From contig CM082577.2 in assembly GCA_040954595.2 (NCBI GenBank), positions 1-64,000 of the forward strand: a DNA stretch of 64,000 bases, given 5' to 3'. The notes beneath the pieces were generated by a model that was given only the letters and a program-made list of their open reading frames with translations, did not search any database and was not told the origin of the DNA. Of this stretch, positions 51,286 to 64,000 are shown in pieces. This stretch comes from Balanoglossus misakiensis. Taxonomy: Eukaryota > Animalia > Hemichordata. A program made the position numbers and the translations under genes. Numbering within the stretch: the first letter of the stretch is position 1; the number at the start of each line of letters is the position of its first letter.

Positions 51286-52024
51286 GGTGGCATTGCATGA
51301 AACCGTCGAGACTTTTTCAGAGGCCTATTTCTCATCAAAGACAACGTTAAAACCCCCATAAACCATATATATTCTGGAAGCTGAGTTTTTGAACTTTTGT
51401 TTGTGTTGCAAATATTATTGATCCCCGGAAATGGTGGCGATTTTGGGTTAAAAAACCCATTTTTTGATATTATGTCATAAAATTTAAAATAGGTAAAAAA
51501 GTTGACCATGCATCACGCATCTTAGTATGTCATTCGAAACTAGAGTACACGTGCAAAAAAACGGTAATTTTGTTTTGCGTTATCTGCTTCAAATGAAGTG
51601 AGGAGTAACAGCGTTTGAAAGTTAGATTTTTAGTAAAATTTAATCAAATTCACGGTGAGTTGTATTGAATCAGAGTTTATTCCCGCCAGGGACACTTTAT
51701 CGACTAACAAAAATACCGTTTTGTTGGCTGGGTCAAACACAATCCCCAGTTAAAATTTGAGCAAATTCGGCCAACGCAGAGCGAAGCTATTTTCGTCTGA
51801 AGTTGTCAAGAACAGCGAAAATGCAAACTGAGAAAAACGGCCATTTGCATTGTTGACACCTATTTGTTAAGCTGTGAACTCATTCAGAAAAGTGCTATTT
51901 TGGGGTGATTATGCACCATTTCCGCCAAGACGTATTAGTCAGGATGTGGGTCAGTATTAGGCCTACCGATTTATGTAAAAAAGTAAAATTTGGCAAAAAT
52001 CACAACTTTTCATGCAATGCCACC
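51286..52024. mobile_element. Non-autonomous Kolobok-type DNA transposon, TTAA TSD
   Basis: TTAA|GGTGGCATTGCATGAAA ... TTTCATGCAATGCCACC|TTAA: perfect 17-bp TIR with purine-purine terminus. Confidence 0.88.
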
Positions 52025-54201
52025 TTAATTGCCATGTTAAACACATCAATTTACATCTTGTAAAAACATTGGCGTGTCTCTTAGTTTTTCCCCTCAATGG
52101 TCACATATACACTCACTGTGCACTACCTCTTTAGCATTACAGCAGTGACGGCAGAATACATACATATTCACAGATACATGGGGAATCTACTCAATTAAGA
52201 AAGGGGATTTTCATAATGCAACTGAATAGCATTATGGGCTTTCCTGATACATTGAAGTTACTATAATTTGATAAAATTAATTTTACTATGAAATATAATC
52301 ATTCTCTTGACATTACAATTCTAAAATGCTTACAAGTTACAATTACAAGATTACTCAATTTGGATGAGTTTCATGTACAATTATACATAGAATTCAAAAA
52401 GGACTTTCTACATCAATGTACCAAATATGCAATCATGTGAGCATTATCCTTACAGAATGCAGTGATCGCTCTGATATGAATTAATTGACCGTAAAAAAAT
52501 TACTCCACGAAAGTGTCTTGAAAACTTGCCATCCAGTAGCCATTTTTCTCCCTAAATAATATTGGAATAATATTGATGGAATTTACTGCAAAACTGTTCT
52601 CTTACAAAACTGTGTACACTGAAACATATTAGCAGGGTGAAATGTTAGACTAACACAAAAAAATGTCAAAATCATGACAGCATTTCCATAAAGGACAAGG
52701 TAATAAGCAGCCTATAGGCATTTGCTATGACATGGACACGAGATCTAACATTCTGTGGCGTAGAGTAAATCCATGGTAAATGTCAAAACCTTAGTTGCTT
52801 GCTCTATACATAGCAAGCCAACCTAATCGCAGGAGGATTGTTGGATGAAAAAAACCCACATATTTCTTTCAAACAAAATGTCCTTTAATATATATGGTAC
52901 ATGTAACTCTGATTCTTACAATGGTTGAACTTGATGCTTATTTTGAAATGTGAAAAGGTGAAAGCATCTCCACGAAGTGGGCAGGACAGTTCAACATGTT
53001 CCGTAACCTCAATCAACAGTTTCAGATCCCCTGAGCATCGCCTTTGTATAATGTACAGAGAGTGATATACTTGCATTTATGCTTGTCATATAAACGTCTG
53101 TATAATTCATGAGTTCCGCCCCTGTGCATGTTTTTCTAGTTTCAACTGTAAAACTACAGCTATGATGTCCTCATTTTCTTGCTAAAAATCAACTCAGCGT
53201 GTATTAATTTCAGCGCCCAAACCAAGTTCGAATACTATCTTCCATTGCATCCAATCACTCACACTGCGACTAAAAGGTCAGAAAATTACTTTGGGGAGCA
53301 GCTATGGAACAATGCAAGGACTCTTAATAATTGCACTTAAATTGTTTGACACCCAGACTGACATATCTGATATCAAACAAGAATACCAACCATGCTATGA
53401 AAAGAAATTTATAAAATTACCATGATGTATCCATTAACAATCAATATCTTGAATCCCCCAACAGCGTGTGTTGGTTTTATAGATTACTAAATGTGCGTAG
53501 ATACAGAGATGTTATAGTTTTAACAGGACAAAGCCTCCATCTTTCAAGATTATTTTTCTGTAAATTGTAATTCTGCAGGGGTGAGCAAATGCCCCTGCAG
53601 ATACATGATCAAAATTAACACCTCATCACTCAATCATGTTAACCTGATACATTTTTAACTTGACATGAGTTACTCACTCCACTTGGGACTTTAAGTTGAA
53701 TTGTGATTAACTGTAAGGCAATACCAAAAGACTCAAATTGCTAGGCAACGGTTGCTATGGAGAATGTTCAAAATAAAATATCACTTTAAACAGACTCATC
53801 ACAATGTATAACAATAAACATATTTACACGATGGTCAGAAATGGTGTTGTGTTGAATTGGATATGCAAGTACACACCTGATTTCAAAGCAATTGATAAAC
53901 TGGAGTTGGAAATTGTATAATTTACAATTTTACAGGACAGTCACTTCAGATGTGTTTTTCATCAATTCATTTGCCAGGATTCATTGAATCTCAGATGCAA
54001 TATATATTAAATTACCAGTATTCACTAGTTGCACTTCAAGCAAAATTTCAAATAAATGCTCTCTTTTTCAAAATTCAATTTCACTTGAATATATGCCTTC
54101 AGAGAAATTCACTGCAAATCTCGCGCACAACTCCAGTGTACTTCACTCCGCAGTCTTCAGTGTATTTGAATATCATGCCTCCCAGCAATGTCAGCTCAGT
54201 C

Positions 54202-54521
54202 TATAATTAAGCAATAAAACACCCCCAGCCATGGTATATCACGAGATTTTGACCAGTTCACGACATATACGCACGAGCGATAGCGAGTGCGTATATGGAG
54301 TTGAACTGGTCAAAATCGAGTGGTATACCATGGCTGGGGGTGTTTTATTGCTATTATATTATGCCAGTATATTGAAACTTTGCATAAAACATTTTTAAAA
54401 GGCATTTTCTTTAACTATGATATATGACTGTGGTATATGGCTAATATATCACGGTCACGTGTCGTGTCTCGACCAATCAAATAGCGTGATTTACACCATC
54501 AATATACTGGTATAATATAAT
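54202..54521. mobile_element. Double-inverted-repeat non-autonomous element (Crypton-V-like architecture)
   Basis: 143-bp hairpin at 54210-54352, immediately followed by a second IR pair (54353-54375 / 54499-54521) enclosing GTCACGTG and CCAATCA. The family assignment is from memory. Confidence 0.7.
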
Positions 54522-54749
54522 AATTAATATACACCTCACATCAGCCTAAATCCAGTTTAAAGTAACATATCTGATGAAGCTCATTGCATTTGCAACACAT
54601 AGCTTTCACCTTGCTTGTTTGGATGTAGAATATCATTATCAAACCAGAAAATATATTTTTTTGTTTTTTTTTTACTATATCCATTATGTCCACATTTATT
54701 TTATTTTATCCATCATCTAACGGGCGAATATAGCACATCTACAGAATGA

Positions 54750-54913
54750 GGTACCCACCGCTCCTGGGTAAGGGAGAAGCAATGAGAAGTAAAGTGCCTT
54801 GCTCAAGGGCACACCATCGCAGCCATGAAGTCACCATCCTCAGATAGAAAATCTATGGCAAATCAAACCCACCCTCCGATTGTAAGTCTGGTACCCCTCA
54901 CCACTAGGCTACA
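54750..54913 (-). mobile_element. tRNA-derived CORE-SINE fragment
   Basis: Minus strand shows an A-box-like TAGCCTAGTGG, a degenerate B-box GGTTTGATTTGCC, and the CORE motif GTGCCCTTGAGCAAGGCACTT. Confidence 0.75.
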
Positions 54914-56124
54914 ATGTCTACTTTCTGTCGTACTGTACAGGCAATTGCATCTTGAGAACCATTAATTCATCACTATAAAACCATCTTTACTTTAAATTCA
55001 AACTACCAGCTCCGGTCCCACTAATTTCGAATTTTCTATGTGCCATCAGGGATGGACTTTATACAATTTCTATTTTCCACCGCTGTACAGAAAGAACCTT
55101 TCAATATACCCTGGTACACTGTAATAATTTACAGTACAATATTAGACCTTCTTTACGAGATTTTTGTTATTTTTAACGCAGAGTCTAGACTACTGAGCAT
55201 AAAATTTGATGTCAACATTAAAAAACACCCATCATTAAAGTTATTTGCGCAGTTCCTTGTAAACGCAAATTGAATTGTGCGCCTAAAACATTCGCATTTA
55301 TGTATTGTAGCATGTGAAAGTAACCGGCCAGAAAAAATCTTAATATTTCTGACAACATCACAGAATCAGTGACGTGTTAAGTTTTAATGGATCAGATTTA
55401 GCGTCATTCAGTTTCACTTGATAATTTTGATAAATGATGAACAATGCATGACAAGTACACCAAGTAACTCGATAAACAGTCTAGAAATTTTTTAAAGGGT
55501 GACTGGGGCATGTACTGTGGTGCAATTTCCCTGTTCAGTATGAAAGAAAGAATTCATTTACATAATTACATTATCGCGTGAACAAGCTAAACATTTTTGC
55601 GCAACTGTTCACATATGCTGGTTGGTAGAGGCCATGGACACACAATTGTAGAGGTACAATTTGATATGAACTGTTGAAGATGACACCCCTCAGAGAACTG
55701 TTTTCTGCTTCTGTTTCAAAATTTATCCCATTGGAGAAAAAATTTGAAATGCCAATTGGTTTCTTTTCAAGTGGACCAGCATCCACGCCATGAAAACATT
55801 AATTAAATGCGTCGGTTTCCATGCCATGAAGCTATAGATAATGAAGACTGGCTGCCTTTACAGTGTTTGGATGTAATTTAGCAATCAGCACAATCAGTTG
55901 ATGTTCTGGTAGACTTTAATGCCACGCTAAAATTAAAAATGAGGACAGATTTCATCTTGACGCCACCATTTTTTACCATTTGGAACAAGACAAATGACAG
56001 TAATTATCCTGATAGTTTTGACAATGCTGATGCTCATCATAATCTTGAGGAAAAGCATTTGTGAAAAGAAGCATTTTTTTCAAACCTTATAATGCACAAA
56101 AACATCAGAAATAATTCATGTTAC

Positions 56125-56229
56125 CTCGCGCGTCAGGTGATGCTGATCTGCCGATGCACGTGACGTTCTACTGAGCTCATTCTGGAACTTCAGAAATGAA
56201 CGTGCTTGCTCGTTCACAGATTCTTTCGG
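56125..56229 (-). CDS. Possible exon (PKESVNEQARSFLKFQNELSRTSRASADQHHLTRE)
   Basis: actttcAG acceptor and GAG|GTAAC donor. 105 bp, open in phase 0-0, CpG-rich. Its connection to the C8orf33 model is unresolved. Confidence 0.3.
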
Positions 56230-58023
56230 CTGAAAGTATATTGAGGCTTTTGACTTACTTTGAATCTTGGTTCACCAAAAGTTTAGTTTAATAAGTAAAC
56301 GACTGTGTACTTTTTATATCAATTTTGTCAAATTCATTTGTGATATCGTCATTGGTTAGCTAGAATGGTAAGGTCAAAGGTCAAAACTATGGATACCCGA
56401 GTCCAATAACCCTGGTGTTATGGGAGTCTGCATCCTCATTTGCATAATTGTTCTATTCTGATACCGCGAATTATGACCCCCCCCCCCCCTTTTGACAGAC
56501 CCAAAAATATGATGACCCCCCCCCCACCAAAAACATTCGCCGTCATGATCCTATGTACACTGTATGCAATAAAGGGAATGAGACTCTTCACACCTCAATT
56601 ATAAATTTCTTAAAGTAATTGAAGTATATAATATTAGTATATTGTTGCAATAAAGAAATCTATGAACAAATTAAAATGACAAGTCAATACAATAGTAGCT
56701 AGAATTGGTAAAACAAGAAAAGTGGCGTGGTGGGAAAATTTTGTAAAATATGTAGCTCAAAGTTGCATTTTAATGAACTCAATTCTATAGGTTACAACAG
56801 CAGATGTATAATAATATCGGCATTTATACACAGACAGTGTATCTTCCATCAACAACAAATTTGGAAATAAAGTGTTTGGTTCACTCTACAGAGTGTACTT
56901 TGAGTGCAAAAATACACATTTCCTCAAATGGGTGCGTATTTTGTTTCTGGTGGTCGCTCTTAGCTAGTGCTGACTTGCTGTAAACAATTAATTGTTTACC
57001 TATGAATAAACTGAGGCACAACATTTATAAATGTCCTGGGGACTGTGCTTTCTGCGTTAATTAATTACTATGTATGAGATATGCACAAAAAGTAATTGGG
57101 TTTACATCTACTAGTTTTGATCAAGCACAATGTAAATGCATAATCAGAGCCAGGAATAGAAGTTGCCACATACAAACAACTGATCATACTGATCATATTA
57201 CCTATTTTCTCTTGGGAGTAACATTAATCTAAATTATTCATAATACTGAAAAATTGCTTCACACAAAAAAATATAAATAATTTAGTTTAAATGTGTTAAA
57301 ATGCATATACCCCATGCACCAAATTTACAACAGAATTCAAATTTATACAATATTCAGTATACCGTGTACATGTTAACAGTTAATCCCGGGACCAATAAAA
57401 TTGTGCATAGTAAATGAAACTTGAAAGTTTGGACTTGAATGTGTTTGTCATCAATAACATTAACAATGACTGTTACTCATATTCCGATACAGGTTTTTTT
57501 CAGAAGCCAAAGACTGAAAATTTCAAAAAGAAATTAAAGCTATCCAGAGAAGAACAAGAAACTGCAGTTGATACATGGGAGAAAATACTGGAAAAAAACA
57601 GTCAAAAGTTAGGGTTACTTGGGCTATTAATTAAGTTTAACTGTGGTAAGGACTATGACTGGTCAAATAACTTTTACTTTAATAAATCAATGCTAGATCA
57701 TAAGCATTCACCGGCAGTCTGTTTTGGATTTGAGTAGAACCATGGTTAGATTAACTCAAGCTATCCCTCAAATCATGTTTTATTTTGCCAAGCTTGTAAA
57801 ATTACAATATTGCTTCAATGATTTCATATGTGATTATCAGAGGAATTGAAAAATAAATTGAAATGTCTGGTACTGATCTGGAACAAAATAATCTGACCAG
57901 GTACATATATTTCACTCTCAACACCTGCAAACTTGTGCAATTCAGGGTTTTGTAAACAGCTTTAAGACATCACAAGAGAATGATTTACGGTTTTCATAAC
58001 CTACTACTAACGATGGCTATCAC

Positions 58024-58175
58024 CTGGGGGAAGCACGCATTTTCCCATCAGGAATTTCACTGCCAATACCCTTGAAAACGGTCATATTTTTCATGTCTTC
58101 TGCAAGCCTTGCTACATGAAACCATTCTTTGCACACAGATATACTACATATGATGATGACAGACTACTTGGAAAC
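58024..58175 (-). CDS. Possible 5' exon of the C8orf33 homolog (UTR + MKNMTVFKGIGSEIPDGKMRASP)
   Basis: Strong T-run-cAG acceptor and CAG|GTGAT donor. It ends in phase 2, which is what the exon starting at 51189 requires. Confidence 0.3.
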
Positions 58176-58890
58176 CTGAAAAAAAAATCATTCTAGTTCA
58201 TTCTTATCCAATGTTTCAGCCATTTGCCTTTGTACAGTACTGACACAAAATTGCAGGTGTCAGCCAGTGTCAACTTCCTATGAAACCAGTACAAGACTAA
58301 TTACCATGCATTTTAGGCATGCAGATTTTAAATATGCAAATGTGAACACTATGTCTCATTCAGTCAGAAATCTGCATCTCATTCTGCCACAGGGGATTTC
58401 TGATTTGTGTGATTAATCAAACCAATTCCTCCTGTCAAACACTGAAATAATACAATGGTCCATTTTTTTTTCAGAAGGACCCTGAATTAATCTTAGTGGG
58501 AATATACAGCATACTGCTTTCTTGAAACTACAACATTGTACATGAAGAAGCACGACTTGACACATTTCATGACTTTTCAAAGCCTTACTATGTAAACTGC
58601 TACAGTGTGGATTCTTCTGTTAGGCGGAGGAGTGAGCGCTCCTATCCTGAAATTCTACGTGTTCACGCACCTTGGCTCTAACCGGGAGAAATGCAGGAAG
58701 TATACAATGTTAAACCCTAGTAGGTTTCGACCAAAATGTCGCAAAATAACACTTTATTATTAAAAGCAGATAATAATTAAGTCATAGTGGTAAATGGTTT
58801 TCAAAATGAATTGAGTTGTAGTGATTGCACAACGCAGAATTCTACTTGAAACAAAATTACATGTAAATGTATGTCCATATACATGTATTG

Positions 58891-59322
58891 AACACCTATT
58901 GCCTGGCCATGAGGGCCATAGCGGCCGTTTATTACACCCAAGGAGCTGTGAGTTACCAGAATCATAGGCCGAGGGAAATAGCATATGATTCTGGTAACTC
59001 ACAGTCACGAGGGGGTAAAAACGGCTGCTATGGCCCGAATATAGGCCAGGCTATAGGTGTTTTATAATAAATCTCATGCTAACAGCTGGGAAAATCTTGC
59101 AATTTTCTCTTGAGGTTGGCAGACGACATCTTCCGCGGTGGCCATTGTGTCAGACGAAGCGACGCTGATTGACGTGACCGAGTCTGCGCACTCACGCTGG
59201 TCACGTGACCGGTTTATATTTTTTCTGCTATTTCCCTAGCGGTTCATAGTCGATTCTATTTTCCTATCACGTGACGGATTCTGGCGAATCACGGCACAGT
59301 ATTAGCATGAGGTATATTATAA
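58891..59322. mobile_element. Second double-inverted-repeat element (Crypton-V-like architecture)
   Basis: 171-bp imperfect hairpin at 58891-59061, then an IR pair 59062-59082 / 59302-59322 enclosing TCACGTGA motifs. Confidence 0.68.
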
Positions 59323-59336
59323 AGCATACTATTCCC

Positions 59337-59463
59337 TAGCTGCATTTCAGTATCTCGAGGTCTTGCCTTGGTTTGCCCATAGACCCTAGGGTCTATGGTT
59401 TGCCTGAGTTTGTCGTCTAACACACAAACCAAGGCAAAACCTCGAGCTGCTGAACTGCGGCTA
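59337..59463. mobile_element. Short foldback MITE with TAG...CTA termini (Academ-like), containing a 20-bp palindromic insertion
   Basis: TAGCTGCATTTCAGTATCTCGAGGTCTTGCCTTGGTTTG pairs imperfectly with CAAACCAAGGCAAAACCTCGAGCTGCTGAACTGCGGCTA. No clean TSD. Confidence 0.6.
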
Positions 59464-60252
59464 TTTGTCCCTTTTATATAAGCATCAGACAACTGATACA
59501 ACCAGGGCAGAGTATTTTTTCCAGTCTCCTTTTCCTTCTGGCATGTTTTCATTTTTCAAATCCCTCCGAGTCCCCAGGTATTGCTCCTGTCCAACCCTTA
59601 GAACTGCCAGTACAGTAGTCAGTACAACTTTCAAGCCTAACAACGAACCCCTATATATTGGAAGCAATGCGTGCCAATGTGCAAAGGGGTTTTCGACATC
59701 GAGGTTAAACGGGTCATTGAATGAGTCGTGATCTGGTGGAAACAGTTGACTAGACTGATCATCGACGGAGAGGCTTGCGGTGGCATAATATTCGAAGTGA
59801 ACGGTGCATGTATTGTAATGATGTATCAAATAATGGTACATGCCAGGGAAAACTGATTAGCTAGCGTCACGATCGCGAAATATATAAATATTGTGGTATT
59901 CCATGATCAACTTTATAATGTCTGAAATGCTTTACGAATCAACCTTACCAGAGTCTTCTCCACTCGTAGTAATATCTCAACCCGGGCCCGAAGTGTGACA
60001 CCGTCGTCTGGCTTCTTCTCTCCTCGAGGACACTGAAATCAATGGAGCTGTACAGCCATCTTGCTTCGCTCAATAAAGGCCACTTAGATTTCTGAAATTG
60101 ATTTCGGACCACGCAAGCAAACAGAAAGAAGTATATCTGTACACGTACGTATTTTGTATTCATCTGACCCTGAATACGTAGTATTTCCTAAGTTTCCCAA
60201 AACCCCCGGGATCCCATTGCAAGAAACTCACTAGTGTATTGAACCTACTGCG

Positions 60253-60370
<118 letters not shown>

Positions 60371-63300
60371 TAATTTGTGAAGCAACACTATCGACTTTTC
60401 ACCATTGGTATGACTATAGTATGAGTATCATTTTTTTGAAAATCGCCCTTGGGAATTAGTCTATACTTTTTTGCCACTGTGATAATGTAGGCCTAATTTA
60501 TTGATTTACTCGAAAGATGGTTCTGAAGATACATGTATTACCCCTATACATAATAATGCTAAAACTGAGGGTAAATTCGCGGATAAACTGAATGTCTAAT
60601 TTTCCAAGAAGTACAGCAAAGTCTTCCAAAAATTAAATCTAGGGAGACAAATTAAAGCAGTGGTTTTTATTTTATTTAAAAAGATAAGACGGTGTACACC
60701 ATTGTTCTTTGATTTCCAATCAAAGAATTGAAACGTCCCTTTGCAGGAGTATCATTTTTCTGAAAATATGTCCCCAAGGCGTGTATTACTTTAAATAATT
60801 AGCCACATCCATCATGGTACCTTCAAGTGCATGGATCATGTGGATAATAATCCTGTGTTCAGTGAACGGATTAGATGTTAATCAAGGTTAGATGCAATCT
60901 GATTAAAATCAGATGTAGGGAACGGCGACGTCTTTTACTTTCTTGTCCAGCGCGGCATCTTCTTCTTTACACGTGGATACCTAAGTGACACAATGCAAGG
61001 GCATTCATTGTGCAACCTTTGCGAAAAATTGCATGTTTGTCATGCCCAGAGTTATACGCCAATTGATACAATATTCGTTAAGTTTATTTCTGAAAAACGA
61101 CATTGTTTCTTACAGAATGAAAAAGTGTTAAAACAATTGTGGTCTCCGAAACATGTCAAATGTTTAATAACAATAACGTGGTTCATTTCCTTATCAGTTT
61201 AATCTCATATTATCTGATCTTTGTAAATTTCAACTAAGATTCTCAGGGAATTTGTCCTTGAGTGTTTTATGTTTTGTTTCGTGAACAGTTAGGCTTCGAC
61301 ATAATCCCATAAAAGATCGATACACTTAAACAAGTCTGTAAACAGACACATTTGCCGTATTAACATGTTCCTCTGTCAAGATATTTAGGGAAATCGATCT
61401 GAACTAATGTGGTTTTACTCAGTTTAATTGACAGAATATGAATCTGTTTGTATGTTTGATAAAAGTGTTCGATAAATTGCCGTTTTTGTTCAATATTAAT
61501 CGCCCAGTTTCATAGAAAATGGCAACTTTCATTTTTTTCTGTGTTCGTAGTGCGTGCAGTGGGCCCTCACTGTTGCAAATTGAAGACGTTTACGCCTCGG
61601 ACGTGGCCGAACATTTCTTTCATGTACACATATAGTGATACATTGCATAACTGCCTTGACAACAGTAAGCTCACCTGTTTCCACAATTCAAGCGATCAAA
61701 CATAATTTAGAAATGTGGCAGGAACGTGAGAAATACATTAAATGGAGAAAGGCGCTCTCTTTTTACATATTTTAGCTTACATGTATATTTTGCTTTGCGT
61801 GATTAGCACAAATTGATTAAGAGCTATAATGTTTATATATTATCCTACATAATGATTTTAATACATGAAAATGCTAATATCATAATCTAAGTTGATTAAT
61901 ACCTAAAATTATGGAATGGAAGTGTTCAATAAATGCCCGTAGCTGAGGCGGAACGGTGAGAGTTGAGTCATAACATCGAATGATGATTAGTTGTATTGAT
62001 GCGAGTAAATAAAACGGGTATCTTATACAGTAGAAATGCGAACATAAAACATATAAAATGTTTGAGCAACTAATGTTTGATTTCTGAACGGTTCGAGGCA
62101 CAAGAAAATGAACAACACCGGGTTTGCTTTTTATGTCTCATTCCGAACATTTTCTGTAATAGACACGTGACAAGGAACCGCCCTGTCTTGTGTGAAACAG
62201 ACTTGTCACAAAGGGGATCACAATGCCCTTTGTATCATAAAGTTGTATTCTGTCCGAATCCCACTCGCAGAAAAAAATGTCCACACTCACAACAGTGGAG
62301 ACTGCTTCCCCACAAGTGCCTTGAATTGGGAAAGCATGTTGCGTTGCGTCGAATTTTCAAACAAACAATCCAGTTTATCACGAGTGCATTATCCACCGTT
62401 ATATTGAGTTATATTCTAATCAACAATAACGGTTGAAGATTTTCACCCTCAATGCGAGATTATACACTCTAGGTGTACACTTACTGAATTGCTCAAAAGG
62501 AAGCCCTTACAATGCGCTATTGTTCGCCATTAACAATTGCACTGTGTACTCTCTGCAAAACTATGCACACGGTTACTCAGAGGTCTCTAACAAACACCTC
62601 GGTCAGAAAAGGACGCTAAGTATAAAATATTTTTATTAACTGAAGCGAGAATTCATCAATTTCAATCTGTGTCTGAAAACAAATACAAGTATAAGAGGAA
62701 ACAGAAGCGTTGCGACATAAATAAAAGGATAATGTAAACGATTACTTTTCAGAGCTAACATTCTATACACAGCAAACTAAAACAATTGCATAACTCCTAA
62801 ACAGATTAAACATCTGACTGTATAGTGTTTTTGGTATCAGTCAAAAGTTGACTCTGAGAAACATGATCATGGAGTAAAAATATCTCTAATCACATCGTAT
62901 TTATAGTTCGTTTTGAATAAGTCATCTGCACTATTAAACTGGTTGTAAAGTATGTCCGCACTCAGCCTCTGTTGACAAATTCGTCAACATATTTATTAGA
63001 ACTGAACGATAAAGCTGGCTTTGCTAACAATGATTAGTTGCATATTACGGTATCAACGTTATCTTGCGCCAGAATGTACACTCACATCCAATTATTTCAA
63101 TGTTTACGAGGCTGCATGCATATCGTGTTTGCTAACCGTAGCCGCTATATTAATCACACGGTTTCTCCATGGATGGTTGTTATCTCATAAGCTTACGCGA
63201 TCCGTGCTGATGTGTACGAGCATTTGCTTTGCAGTTATCTCCAGTCAGGCAACGCTTAGACAAAGCAAAAATGTTCAGTAGCGGAAGAGGGGGGCTACTG

Positions 63301-64000
63301 TCATGGCTGTAGACTTATTCCGCGCAATAATTGGAATAATTTTGCCAAAACTTTGGTGATAATACTTATAACTACGCACAACGTATTTTTATGTATTCCT
63401 TTGCCAATATTTGGTTTTCGTGAAACACGGTCGAAATCAGCGGTCATTTGGTAAGCTTACAGGAGATTCTCTGCAGTTATCGGTCAAAGAAATATCTTTC
63501 AGGAACAAAATGATAGCCTCACAACGCGGATTTGTTTTGTCGTTGACCGTAAAACACACACTTCATAAGTAATCTGCAGACATAATCTGACTCGCCGGGA
63601 TGGTCTTGTTTACAAGTTATTTTACACTACTAAGAAACAGCGCGTCTACTGCAAATGATGTATGCCTGGAATGTAATAATACAATACAGTGACCAAGCAA
63701 CGATCAAAATGGTCGGCCAGTGGTATCGAAAAACTTACGTTGTGTCAACGTGAAATAATCAGAGACTGAATCCGGAAGTTACATTTGTTCGACCCAAGTT
63801 GGCAAAAGTGTTGCCTGAATGCTTAGATTGGTTTGGTTATATAGCGTCTCTATCATAGAGGACTGTGCCACGGGTTAGAACGAACAGGAGGGTCGTTCAG
63901 CGCCAAGCCTGGTTTTCTAATGTTTAGTCAAAAGGCTAACAAAAAAGTTTGCACATTGTTTTTTTTTTTTCCAATGAGTGACGAATGGCGTCGGCATTGT

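Noticed and set aside
57492-57607. Exon-like open stretch on the plus strand (FFQKPKTENFKKKLKLSREEQETAVDTWEKILEKNSQK)
   Set aside because: Splice sites are plausible, but there are no partner exons or recognisable homology.
58110-58165. PHD-finger-like peptide IICSISVCKEWFH on the minus strand
   Set aside because: An in-frame stop lies just upstream and the remaining Cys ligands are missing.
59485-59841. 118-aa ATG-initiated minus-strand ORF
   Set aside because: No recognisable domain and it abuts TE debris, so it cannot be supported without a search.
62077-62436. Overlapping Cys/His-rich ORFs, possible LINE tail
   Set aside because: Non-ATG starts and only vague motif similarity.

Overview
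Left end of a eukaryotic (metazoan) chromosome; the TE families suggest a marine invertebrate, but that is inference. From the end inward: (1) about 2.2 kb of (CCCTAA)n telomere. (2) A 2.6-kb nested cassette at 2198-4815. On the minus strand it reads Gypsy-like pol tail, PPT, a single 224-bp LTR, tRNA-Leu-type PBS, gag start, one relict satellite monomer, then telomere. A TA-target MITE sits in gag codon 4 and a Harbinger MITE sits inside that MITE. (3) A 30-kb CpG-rich satellite of 46-bp monomers (45- and 32-bp variants) with several higher-order periods. All long minus-strand ORFs there are translations of the repeat. (4) A near-identical 3076-bp-offset duplication of the satellite's proximal edge. 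(5) A region of old ~2-kb-spaced duplicates with a conserved hairpin and a LINE remnant. (6) A spliced minus-strand C8orf33/UPF0488 homolog, with several MITEs, a CORE-SINE and microsatellites in and upstream of it. All calls come from reading the sequence; no database searches were run.
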